Assembly (NCBI GenBank): GCA_017654855.1
Contig: CM030332.1
Location: forward strand, 2,108,001 to 2,172,000
From: Podospora anserina
Lineage: Eukaryota
Length of the DNA: 64,000 bases
Reading direction: 5' to 3'
Under the pieces are notes generated by a model. The model was not told where the DNA came from and did not search any database. It was given only the letters and a program-made list of their open reading frames with translations. Position 1 is the stretch's first letter; each line of letters begins with the position of its first letter. This document shows positions 37,140 through 49,234 of the stretch, in pieces. A program made the translations under genes and the position numbers.

Positions 37140-39156
37140 TTAAGAGTTGCTCACATGGACCTTACCTCGTGATTTCAGCCATATCTTCTGTACCTGACAG
37201 GCATGCCCTTTGGCCAACACTGTCGGGGTAGATTACCTTACCTGCTCATTTTGATGCTTCAGCACTATCATGTCCAAGTAAGTGAAGAGCCTAGGTGCTC
37301 TGACAATCCGCCTCGGGTACTGGGACGTTACTGACAGCAGTTTACTGGCTTCGTTAGACTTTTTGCAATGTTTCGACAAATCTTATGCACATCCTTGTGG
37401 TACAACCACGAGTCGAGAACTTTTCCCTTTCGATGCTGTATTTGACACCAAATCCAAGTACGTTTGTATCCTATTCTTCGGTCCGTTTTCTGTGCCTTGG
37501 ACGTGCTTTTGGGACCTTGCTGACAGCTCCTTACTTTGGTTGTTAGGTAGATTCTTTGCAATGTCTCAACATATCGAATATCCCTTCTCGAGTCGATACT
37601 GTCGTCTTTTACTTTGCCAAACGCCAAGGAACTGATATTTCCCCAAACATCGTCACCCGTCTTTGAGGAGCCAGCCATGCTAGGCGTCATGGTGTAACCC
37701 AGGTGCATGCACGCCAAGGCTTTGTCGGATGTGGTGGAAGTTCTTTTTGGCCAGCTCTGGAGTCTGTAAATCAGATGTAGTCGACATGGTCGAGGCTAGA
37801 GACTTGACCACACATAATCAAATTTTCCTCTCTCTGTCTCTCTCTCCTGGGCTCAAGCTTTCTATGCAGTGTCAAAAGGCGGAACAGGGGGTGCCTGGCA
37901 CCGGTTGCTGTCACGAGGATACCCCCCTCTTCATCCCCACCTGTGACCTGTCAGGACCCGTCAAGCTGGCTAGTCTGTTAGCGATCGGCCTGTCTAATGT
38001 AGGCTTCCCGAATACTACGTTTGGTCGGCACTTGAGATGTCGACAGTCGCCGTCCACAAAGATGGCGAACCGTATTGGCGTACCACCCATGGCTCAACTT
38101 GGCAGCAGATAACACCGGGCCCCGCGACTGGCCGATGCCACTCAAGAAACCATCCACAAACACTAGGGCAATCCCAAGGTTCTAGAACACTCGGAGGATT
38201 TGTGATGATCCTCCAATTGTCGGGTAGAGATCCCGGTGCGTTACCTTGTTGTACCCCAGGTTCTGTTACTGAGAAGTCCCTGCTGTTCTTTGTAACACAT
38301 TTGAAGAATATGAAGAGGCCGGGAAGCCTTCGAGTGTCTATCCTCATTCGAAGTTTCTTGATGTTCGACATCTACTATTGTTATCGACCATATGCATGCA
38401 GAGCGCTGCTGTGTGCGGGCCGAGAACCTTTGGGTTTGGAGGAAGAGCTAACCCAATTCAAAAGCCGACATATGCGGTCAATATCCGATGCCTCCCAAGA
38501 GAAGCAACTTTCCCCGGTCAATGATCCTTTCAACTTTGAAGGACCAATAGTTGACATTACAATATCGAGACAGTCACTGTTCCTCCTATCATGCCTGTAT
38601 TGGTATCCCGCAGCCAAGGTGCGCAGGTCCTGCATCAAGCATCGAGCAAGCGGCACCCACTTCAACGAGATCCAGACCTGGAGCCAGACCGGTGTATGCC
38701 AGCCCGTCCTCAGAATGCCCAACCGCTGTGCCGATTTTGGCAGCTTTGTACATACTGCAGAAACGGCTGTTGCAGTGACCACTCAGACATCGGATGGAGG
38801 AGGTGCAGGGCCGACCGACCACAGCCGGATTATGCATACCAGCAGATGTGGCTGCGACCTAGCCTAACGTCATGAGAGGTTGATTACCAATCGCGTCGTT
38901 CCCCGGTGGACGTTCAAGTACAGAGATTGAGAATCGACGTGACACACTTGGTGACGGATCGATGCCCTTCGGCTTGACAACGCACGCTGGGACCGGGGAA
39001 GCTGTTTTGGTGCCACTTGAAAGGACGAGGACAGATCGGATGGATTACAAAACGGGCGTGCTGGAAACATTGTCGGACGAGACCGTGGTGCTCCCTTTCT
39101 TGAGGAACATTCTGGATTTTGGAGTCTGGTGAGGGAGCTTGTTCCAAACCAGAACA

Positions 39157-41044
39157 ATGGCTTCCAAGAGTGCAGAGAAGTCCGGCCACACCAATGCACT
39201 TCAGGGGTCTATGGTCGTTGTTCGAGAAAATGTGTCGCCTTTGACGTCCTCGAGTGACGATGTCACGATGGATGAGGCCGACAGGAAGCTGGAAGCCATG
39301 GGGTACACACCGGTAAGCAAGAGCCCTGGTCTGTTGACGATACAACAAAAAAGCTGACTGTTCTCAGGTCTTCAAACGAGAGTTCTCCACCTGGTCCAGC
39401 TTCAGCTTTGCCATGAGCATATCCGGCGTCTACGGCTCCCTCATGTCCACTTGGATATACGGACTACAAGCCGGTGGAGCTGCCGCCATCATGTGGAGTT
39501 GGGTCATAGGGGGTGCCGGGGCTTGGGCATTGGCACTTAGTCTGGCTGAGCTATCGTCAGCATATCCAAGTTCAGGGGCTATGTACTTCACTCTGAAGTT
39601 TCTTGCGCCGGAGGAGCAAGTGCCCATCTTGTGCTGGATTTCGGGTTCGTACTCTTTCTTGGCAAGGGAGTGTACTCTGCTAATACGAAAGCAGGCTACA
39701 TCAATCTTGTTGGAACCGTCACCGGCAGTGCCGCCACCGAATATGCATCCAGTCAGATGCTGCTCGCAGCTGTGTCCATCACCTCCAACTTCTCTTACAT
39801 GCCGACCAACAATCATGTTGTGGCTTGTATGGCCGTCTTGACCGTCATTCATGCCTCGATCAACACACTGCCAACACTATGGCTGACACGATTGACCAGT
39901 GGCTATGTAGTATTCCACATCAGTGTTCTGGTTGGCGCCTGCGTGTGCCTGCTCGTTCAGACAAAGGAAAAGCATAGCATTGCATATGCCTTCACTGACT
40001 TCCAGCCCTCATCCGGCTGGAATCCCCCTGGCTTTGCCTTTCTCTTTGGCTGTCTGACACCAGCCTGGATCATGACAAGCGCTGATAGCACAGCCCGGTA
40101 TGCCCTCATGTTCTCTCACACAGAGGACGTCGCTGACAAGCCTCCTACAGCATCGCCGAAGAAGCCAAAGACCCCGCCCGCATAGTCCCCAAAGCAATCG
40201 CCAACGCCACAACCTTCACGTACATCATCGGCTTCCTCTTCAACCTCGTACTAGTGATCTGCATGGGCGACCCCCTCGAACTAGTCCAAAGCCTCAGCGG
40301 CCAACCAGTAAACCCCCACTCCCCTTGACTAATCCTATACAACCTCTAACCCTTCTTAACCCAACAGGTAGCCCAACTCTTCTTCAATGCCATGGGCCGC
40401 ACCCCAGCAATACTGTTCACCCTCTGCGGCTTCGTAGTAATGAACCTAGTCGCCATCCCAGGCATCCAAGCTGGCTCCCGCACCATCTTCGCCTTTGCTC
40501 GCGACGACCTACTCCCCTTTTCCCACCACTGGCGTCGGGTCTCCAAGCGCTCCCAGACACCCATTGCCGCGGTGTGGTTATATGCCGCCCTCGAGATTAT
40601 TGTTAATCTCCTCGGGTTAATGTCCGACACGGCAATCAGTGCCGTGTTCAACGTCTGCACTGTTGCCTTGAATATCTCTTATCTGGTCCCCATCGTCTGC
40701 AAGATGCTGTACGGGAGATTTGAAAAAGGGCCGTGGAATCTGGGGAGGTGGAGCTTTGTGATGAATGTGGTTGCTGTGGGGTGGAACACGCTCATGGCAG
40801 TTATTTTCTTTTTTCCTACCAGGTTGCCGGTTGCGGCGGAGAATGTGAGTTTTTCTGTCTGCTTTCCCGGGCTGGGAAGTGGGAGAGATGCTGACTTCTG
40901 AAACAGATGAACTATGCTATTGTCGTGTTTGTGTTTGTTCTGATGTTTTCTGTTGGGTTTTGGTATACCCGTGGACGACATTTTTATACCGGTCCTGGGA
41001 CGAGGAGGCCGTTGGCAGCCACGGTTGTTGAGACGTTGGGTTGA
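39157..41044 (+). CDS. Amino acid/GABA/polyamine permease (APC superfamily, ACT family, UGA4-like); exons 39157-39312, 39368-39644, 39695-40097, 40151-40307, 40368-40844, 40907-41044
   Basis: LEAMGYTPVFKREFSTWSSFSFA, SLAELSSAYPSSGAMYF, IAEEAKDPARIVPKAI, SRTIFAFARDDLLPFS, FEKGPWNLG and NMNYAIVV; five canonical introns restore the frame. Confidence 0.92.
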
Positions 41045-41949
41045 GGATGGGGGCTATGTTAACTTGACTAGGCGGAGGGCGAAGATAGTAGGGCGATTCG
41101 ATGTGAGATTGGTACATATATGTTTGTTTTTGGAGCTGGTGATAATAATGGGGTCCCATAGTAAAGACACAGGAAAAGAATAACGAGGACAAAAGACACC
41201 AGCCAAGGGGCTTTCTTGGCGTGACAGTGAAAAGTGTCGTGGAGTGCTTTATTTGGTTTCAGGGCCCTGAAGTGTGTATCATTAGTGTCGAACAGTCCAG
41301 TCACGACCCCCCACTGCAGTACACCTTTCTCCGATCTACAAGTTGTATTCATAATCGTAGTCGTGGTATCTTAAGGGGAACTGGTCCGTGCGCTGGCCAT
41401 CAGCAATTCAGGGGTTTACAACTCTTGGCTTTGATCTTGAGATTGAGGTTATCACCAATATTTTCGTCCCAACTTTGGACAACAAAGGTCTTTGTTAGAA
41501 GGGGGGGCAATTTCCAGTGGCCTAGATATCTAATTTCCGAGTCCTCTGTTATAAATGGATGGAGACACAAAATGTCAACATGAGAACCTGGCGTCTCAAA
41601 AGGTCATTGGATGATGGAAGAGCAAGTAGATAGACAACAAGATACATGATAATACATTATGACCCGAATCCCAAGAGTAATATCTAAACAAGGTACTCCA
41701 ACAATCCTTCTTCTATATGCTCAGTCTTGCCATACATTCCTCAATAACGCAACATCGGCGCCTGCAGGTCTCCAATCCAATCTGAGTTCACCACCCCGGC
41801 CCGGCCATGCTTTGAGACAAGTTGATTCCAGCCTGCGCGGGCTAGCATAAGTGCCCTAGTTGTCGTGGGAGTTCAACTCTTCCTAGAAAGGTGTTAGCGT
41901 CTGACAAAACCAGTGGCCTTTTTGGAGAAACAGAACTTACCCACATTCT

Positions 41950-42384
41950 TGCCACGGATTCTCATCACCAGCACTTGGTGAGGAAGAACTGGCGAACAGA
42001 GCGGTACCACGGAAGCTTCTTGAGCGTGGAGATCATCGACTCGAAAGGTCGCTGAGGACAGTCCTTTGAGTTGAAATAGGGTGTTGCCACCGAAAAATCT
42101 TTGAAGGCAGCCAGTGTTGAATCAGACGTCACTGATGTGCCTCCTTCATGTCTCACTCCTTCTGACTGGACATCGTCATCTCGATAGGGCGGTCGCCCAA
42201 GCAAGGTTGACGATGCTTACGAATCGCCTCGTAGTGGCGTTCGATGGTGCGAGTGGCAGCATGAATGCTGCTAAACTCCACAAAGGCGTCCCCAGTCTTC
42301 GAAGTAACACGTTCCATGATGATGTGAACGCCCTCTTGGGCTTCACTGACGTCCCATCAGGGTTGGTGATGAGAATCCGTGGCA
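41950..42384. repeat. Perfect 21-bp inverted repeat pair (41950-41970 and 42364-42384)
   Basis: TGCCACGGATTCTCATCACCA at 41950 and its exact reverse complement TGGTGATGAGAATCCGTGGCA at 42364. Confidence 0.85.
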
Positions 42385-43234
42385 GCTCCGGTGCGCTGAC
42401 AGTCGAGGCCGAGGCCGAGGCGAGGATCTACGGACATATTAGCGTTGACTGTTGTGGGAAATCTGTCGTAGTGTTGAAGCGGACTCGCAATCTGCCTCTG
42501 TTCACAGATCTTGAGGCATAGATGATGAGCAAAAGGTGGTGATGGATGGATCGCAGCTGAAGTAGATGGAGAGTAAAGTGTCCCACAAGACAGGAATTTT
42601 CACTGGCATATATTCCACACAACCTCCCCACAGAACGACATCATAGCCCTAAGGCAAGGCAGCGACAATGTCACAGGCCCTCCAGCCTCTCGCTCTTCTG
42701 TTGGCCATCAAGGTCGTCCATCAAGGTCTCTCATCGAGGCAGCGAGGCAGCAGAGGAACCGCCTTCCCCCCAGTCAACTACTCACATACAAGGCAACGGC
42801 CACAACGACATCATCCTCCCCGTCTCCCTCCTTCCCCCCTAGCCAACGGAAGCCTCCAGACCCCCCATCGCATCGTTGTCTGACCACACCCCCAGATTTG
42901 CATTCCCTCCCAAATCGTCAAGCGTGCATTGACCGCCCCCCAGACCACCTATAAAAACTCCCCTCCCCTCCCAACTCTCCCTCCTTTCCTTTCTTCTTTT
43001 TCCTCAGTGTGGCTCTCTAGTCTTCGAGAGTTCACTCCAATTTTCATGTGCATGAAATTGCATTGCAAAAAACAGTTCAGCCTGCTTCTCCATGGCTGAG
43101 CTGGAAACCACAATGCAGACATCAAAATTCCATTTACGAGAACTGGTTCAGTCCTTCCCTTGAGGATCCCTCCATAGGCTGATCTGGCAAAACACAATGG
43201 AAACATTTTTTTCTTTTCTTTTTCCTTTTTGCTT

Positions 43235-43357
43235 GGTGGTCTCTTCCCTCTCCCATGGAAGAGCATCATCAAAGCCTGTTGTTCTGGTGCCTCTTCTTCC
43301 CATAAGAGATCACCAGCTGTCGATTCTGGTGTCTCTTCTTCCCACAAGGGATCACCA
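43235..43357. repeat. Short tandem duplication, 42-nt period (two good copies plus one degenerate)
   Basis: TTCTGGTGCCTCTTCTTCCCATAAGAGATCACCA at 43282 and TTCTGGTGTCTCTTCTTCCCACAAGGGATCACCA at 43324; weaker copy from about 43235. Confidence 0.75.
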
Positions 43358-44241
43358 ACCCAGGTGCATTATTTTCAAATTCCAGTGCTTGAGACTGACG
43401 GATCGGTTGGGTTGTTCACCATCGGGATGAAAGTTTCTCAGCACACACTTGTTCCACTTTGTGAAGTGTGTTTGCACCCATGCTTTTACGGTGTTGTCAG
43501 ATCACTTGTTCCGCCATGTGCTTAGGTCTGCGCCCGTTGACTGTCTGTTGGGTTGCTTTCAACATCAATGAAAGCTGGCCAACAAAAAGATGTGTGACAA
43601 TCATTGACGTCTGCTGGAAAGTTTGGAGAGTGGAAATGATGAACAGAGGTAGGCTTTATCTTACGATATTGAATGTTACAATTGATGTCGTGTCAAAGCG
43701 ACTATGCCTCACCAATGCCCTTTCCTCCTGCAAGGTAATGCCGGAACTCCAGAGACAAGCTCCCTCACCTACAGGGGTCCACAGGTATCCTCGCCCGAGA
43801 TGGAATGATCTCGAGCCTGCCGCGGCGATTACTGATGACCGAGGCCCGTTCACCAGCTCTACCCAGCCGATAGCGGCCGCTCTAGATACTCTTGAGTGGG
43901 AAAGTGTGCTACGGCAGAAGAAGACTGGAGATCGATTGAGGCAACTGTGTAGTTTCCAGGTTGTTGATGACAAAAGCTTACTGGGCACCTGATCATTCTG
44001 AGACATGCCTGCCTCGTAGTATGAAACCACCAGTGACGAATGACCGAAATATCATTGCTTCCAGGACCTCTCAACAAGTGAGAACTGGGGATCTCGGCAG
44101 AATGAAAGCATTTGGACATGTACAAGTGGATCCAGGGCTAACTTGTGCTCGTTCCCTTTGGGAGAGCTATGTACATGCTGGTTATTCTGTTTGAGTTTTG
44201 TACATACGATCTGATGCTGGCACCATTCAACTGCCTCCACG

Positions 44242-45758
44242 CTACAAAAACAACGCAAGCACCCACAAAACAAAGGCAGCTGGCACAATGATCCAGCACA
44301 TTGGGATAGATGCAAATAGATGGTGACCGGAGTGACACTGTCCGGTCAGATTGAGGGCCGCTCCAACTTCTCCTGACAGTATTTGCTCGTTTGTGCCGCA
44401 GTCGTGGTAGCTCGCCATATACAGATGCTGGTTGGTCTGATCAAAAATGACTATCATGGTGTAAGCACGTACTTGATGCCACGACTAAATAACTGCAATG
44501 ATTTCGACTGACCATAGGCTGATCGCAGAAACGAGTCTCCCAGGACCGCTCGATCATACGACCCCTTCCTCGGCAGGACACCCAACGCACAATATCCTGG
44601 TTCCAGCTGGGAGATGAACTCCGAATATGGCACTTGAATGGTCAGGTCCCCGAATGTGAAGTCGACAGTGCCGGGCTGGTCAACGATGGAGCATGGCACT
44701 TCAAGGCTACCATCCTCAGAAAGAGTGGCGTTAAAGTCGTCTTGCAGACTATCGAAGATGTGCTGGGGCAGGTAGCTCCATGTTGATCCGGTGTCGAGAA
44801 GAGCGGGCATCGTCGAATATTCGTAAGTCGCGACAACTTTGTTTGGGGTTGTTATTCCGACTGACTTCATTTGCACCCAGTACCGCCATGGGCCTTCCTT
44901 GCTCCCTTCGATTTGTGGAGGCATATTGTCGAACTTGTGCAACTTTCCGCCGAACTTCTTTGTGTCAACTCCCCCGAAGATGATAGCCCCTCCGGTCTCC
45001 GAGTACTGGCCTCCAAGAGCTATGCTAAAGGCCTTGGACTGTGTTATTCCTTGGGCATGGAGCTCGTCGATCAGGTTGTTGTAGTGGAGGTTGAAACCAT
45101 TGCCGTGTCCGATGCCGCCAACACCCCAAGCAAGCTCGGTCGTGTTCACTCCGACACCAAACACGACATTTCGCAGTGGCTGAGAATCTGCAGACACAGT
45201 CAGTAAGGGATCACCAATGTACCAAACTTTCAAGGGCGAGTGAAAATGCACTGACTACTTCCGGGCACTAGGATACTGTCAGCCGCATAGCTGATCTCGG
45301 CACCGCCCTTCCCGTACCCAATATGCTGTTTAGCGCCCTTGTCGACGTAGGTGGAGGACTGGCCTGGTATATATCTTCCAGAGGCGTTGCATTTCTCCTC
45401 TTGGCCCTGGGTAGCGGCCGTTGCGCACGTTGGGTCTACCCAGAGCTCAAAAGATCCGGTGTCAAGCACAACCTCAACTGGTTGTGGAGGAGTGCCAATT
45501 TCAACTGGTATGGGTGTGTCAGCTTGTGGGTATTACGGGGATGTACGAGGGAGAGGGCCCACGTCGAATGAGGTATGTCAACGTCGAGACATTGCCCAAG
45601 GTCACCACATTGTCTCGTTTCCTAAGATTCACAGACTGACTCCGTTTTTGCAAAACAGGGAACGATAACAGTCCCTTTTTGGTTTCGATGGTGGGCAAGG
45701 TTAGCGCTGTCCCAAGAAGCGCAAACGCTAGCTGGAAACCTGCCAATGCTAGCATCAT
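44242..45758 (-). CDS. Secreted aspartic protease, pepsin family A1 (yapsin/Sap-like, probably GPI-anchored), 4 exons
   Basis: Signal peptide MMLALAGFQLAFALLG, KR pro-region site, both catalytic motifs (VVLDTGSFELWV and ALLDTGSTWSYLP), IIFGGVDTKKF, LGDSFLRSAYVIFD and a hydrophobic C-tail. Three GT-AG introns at about 45.56-45.50, 45.26-45.19 and 44.51-44.45 kb. Confidence 0.9.
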
Positions 45759-47513
45759 CACCAATGTCCACTACGGGACACGCAACGAGTCTTGAGGTCG
45801 GTGGATGATGCCTGACATGGACACGACGTGCGATATACTACGGCAACATCCTCCAGTCCGGCCTCGGAGTTCTGGAACACACAGGTCGGGAGCCGAATAA
45901 CAAAGACATAACAGAGGTTGGCAGCTGTGGAAGTGGTCCGGAACAACGCCAAAGCTTCTCCCGTCGGCGTGGCACAACAATGATTTGGGCGTCAAAGAAA
46001 TTTTTTGAGGCGGGTGGACTTCCAGAATAGGCATCAATAAACAGATTACACGACCGTCTGCCCGAGAGCTGCATGAAATACAGGCGGCTGAAGACAATGT
46101 TTTTTTTTTCAGTGCTCTGTTGCAACAGTGATGTATTCGCCAGGATGCCTTGTGAAACTGTGGCTATCAATGAATGGTAAGGATCAATCTGCTGTCCCAC
46201 CCAGCTATGATTACTTTGATGCCTGACCCAGGGTGTAAACACCGAGACCCGTGAACAGGTATCCATCGTCATGTGGTCGCGTTGGTAGTTTGTAACAGCT
46301 GTTGTTTTCCTCGCAACATAGCTCGAACATTGAAAGTCAAGGGTTCCTGGAATACTCGAATTGTGATCCTGGAACAGAATGTTGGAGGAGTATTGGAGAT
46401 TGCAGTTAGCAGCAAGAATGCTGACATCATGCCGACTGCAGGTCCGGACGCTAAAGCCATTGACTGCTTTTCGCCTTTGAATCGTTGCAGATACTAAGGT
46501 ACACCAGCCGGAACCCTACAGAGGCAATCCCCCACGACGAATTCATCAAGCATCAGGACTAATTAATAGAACCTGCGAATGCCTAAGTAGAACAACAATC
46601 ACCACCTTTGACGCCCTCCATCTTTGGTACTGCCGTCCTCAAAAGAAGGCATAGGTGACAAAAGGTAAGGAATAGAAGAAACAATCACGCCATGCTTCAA
46701 CCATCGTTGCTTACAATGAGCCTAAGGTACGGGGTAGTTTTGCCTCACCTTTCGAAGATCCGACCTCGCAAGTCTGTCCAAGATGAAAACTTTATTTGCT
46801 TTAGGAGTCAACATGCTTCGCTGAACAGACCAGGCAACCAAGCACATTCCCGTGGCTCGACTCCACTATTGACCTTCGTCCACCGGCTACTGTCCATGAC
46901 CCATGGTTGAGCGACGTCTCCGGCCTCACCTATGACGCCTTGCCGCAACACCAACCAGAGTTTCGGACTTAGATCTCAACTGAAGTTTGGAGATTGCAAG
47001 AGGGCGGAAATGTCGATCCGGACTCGGCGCAGACGCCGGCGACCATTCCGCCCTCCTTTTCTTCCACCCACCGAACCAACCCCGAGTTAGCCTGTTATCT
47101 AGCCGGCCAAAACTGCACGATAACCGTCCACGAATCGTCACCAGAGAAAAGGAATGGAATAACACACAGGTCGAAGCAATGACTGGCACACCTGCTGGGA
47201 AGATACCAGCATGGAATGGCCAAGTTCTTAGTGATCTAGAGCAAGGCGTCGAACACTACCGGCCAGACTAGCACATGGTTACGATCCCAAGCGCTGTGAA
47301 CGGTGGCCATGACACAGTCGATACCCCTTGATGAGTTTGGGATATGATATATCTACGTCGGCGGGGTCCAAGGCTGAAGAGTCTCGATATTCGGTTTCTT
47401 CGCCATACACCCACAGCTGTCACTCGTTTCAGTCTTGCAGGTCCGCCCCCCCTTCTTTCAGTTGCGTCTGCCCTTGGTACAGAAAGACACTCTCTCGTCT
47501 CCAGCCAGCCACC

Positions 47514-48734
47514 ATGAAGGCCTCTTCTATCGCTACGGCCTTGGCCGGTGGCATAACCATGCTCTCAGCGGCGGTGCAAGCCGATCCGGGGATGATGAAC
47601 TCGTCTGTTCTGGAAGCCCTCCACGAGGCAGACCGGAGGCCACAAGAGCTCATCGGTGACCTTCAATGGCTTCAACCTCGCCAGATGAGCCCCGTTTCCC
47701 ACTTGGTCAGATCAATTCTGGTCGATGGCTTCGATGCTCAATCGAATGAGCATTACCAATACGTACCTCCCTTGCGTTCGGCAGCTTGTGCTCGAGACAC
47801 TTGCTGCGTCTGGTGGTACATTGCCAAAGAAATGTCACAACTCTTCCGTGGCACTGATGGGCAATGTACAGATGCCGCCCGAGGTGCCATCCGCACCGGA
47901 TTTCACGATGCCGGCGCGTGGTCCAAGACTACGGGCGATTTCGGGGGTGCTGACGGGTCCATCGTCCATGCACCCGAGGAGATGCTTCGCCGACCAAACA
48001 AGGGGCTTCAAGAGATTGTTCAACAGTACAAGTTTTGGTACGATCGCTGGAGCCATTTCGGTGTTAGCATGGCCGATTTGATCCAGATGGGCGCCAATGT
48101 CGCTACTGTTGTTTGCCCTCTGTAAGTCAATTACATCTTTTGCCTCGTTCTCTACTCCGTCTCACCGGTTGCTGACTCTGCCATCTCAACAGTGGCCCCC
48201 GCATCCGCTCCTTTGTTGGCCGCCGAGACAACTTCAAGCCTGCTCCAGACGGGCTTCTCCCCAGCCCTTTCGACCCTCCCGACAAGGTCATCGCCATGTT
48301 CCGTGCCAAGACTATCCAACCGCTCAGCCTTGCCGCCCTGCTCGGTGCTCACTCCACCAGCCGCCAACGTTTCTTCAATCCTGCGCGTGCTGGCGCCCCC
48401 CAGGACAGCACCCCAGGTGTTTGCGATGTGCTGTTCTACCGCCAGACTCTGGCTGCCCGCTCCCCTCCTGATGTCTTCCGCCTCCCCAGCGATGTTGTCT
48501 TGGCTGAGCACCCCCTCCTGTTCCCGGCTTTCAAGGCTTTTGCCGGACCTGGTGGCCAGGCTCTTTGGGCTCATGTAAGCCTTGTCCTCAGCCTTGTTGT
48601 GAAGTCCCGCTAACAGGAGTGTGTAATAGGAATACGCCCGCGCGTACCTCCGGCTTAGTCTTCTCGGTGTTTTCAACATCAACAACCTGACCGACTGCAC
48701 CCGGGTGCTACCGCCGAGAACGCTCAAGTGGTGA
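47514..48734 (+). CDS. Secreted fungal class II heme peroxidase (AA2-like, ascomycete generic type); exons 47514-48121, 48193-48574, 48630-48734
   Basis: Signal peptide; CC pair; distal motif CTDAARGAIRTGFHDAG; GGADGSI; ADLIQM...VVCPLGPRIRSFVGR; proximal LLGAHST; QDSTPG; SD-containing C-terminal motif. Confidence 0.9.
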
Positions 48735-49234
48735 GGTAGGCACGGCGATACTTGCCGTGGTTGATCGATGGGAAATGGGACGCGCAAGAACATGGCATGG
48801 CCTGAGACTATAAAAAAACATCACGGGACTGGACTTGGCTTGAAAAAGGGCTGGAAAAGAAGGAAGGAAAACGGCACAAAATAAGTAAATAAATACGGGG
48901 AGCAAGTACTTGGACTGAATGGACATACCGTAGTTGGAAGTAGATCGATTTGCATACCACTACCATAATTTGTTTCACATACTGGATTTTCACTGTTGTT
49001 TGTGGAGCAATATCATTGGAAAGTAGCACAAGGTCGACAACATCAGCATGCGGCTTTCGAGCCCTGAGTTCTTGGCACCCCCTTTTCACGCCAAGACTTT
49101 CACAGATCCGAAAGCAAAATCCAGGATCTATTCTCAACAAAACAAGCCAACCTAGCAAAGTCTCTTTTCCATATATCACCCAACATCTTCGCCTACCAAC
49201 ATATCATATTGCCTCGCTCTTCTTGACTCCACAA

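Noticed and set aside
38037-38867. 276-aa plus-strand ORF
   Set aside because: No recognisable domain, atypical composition and no supporting gene structure.
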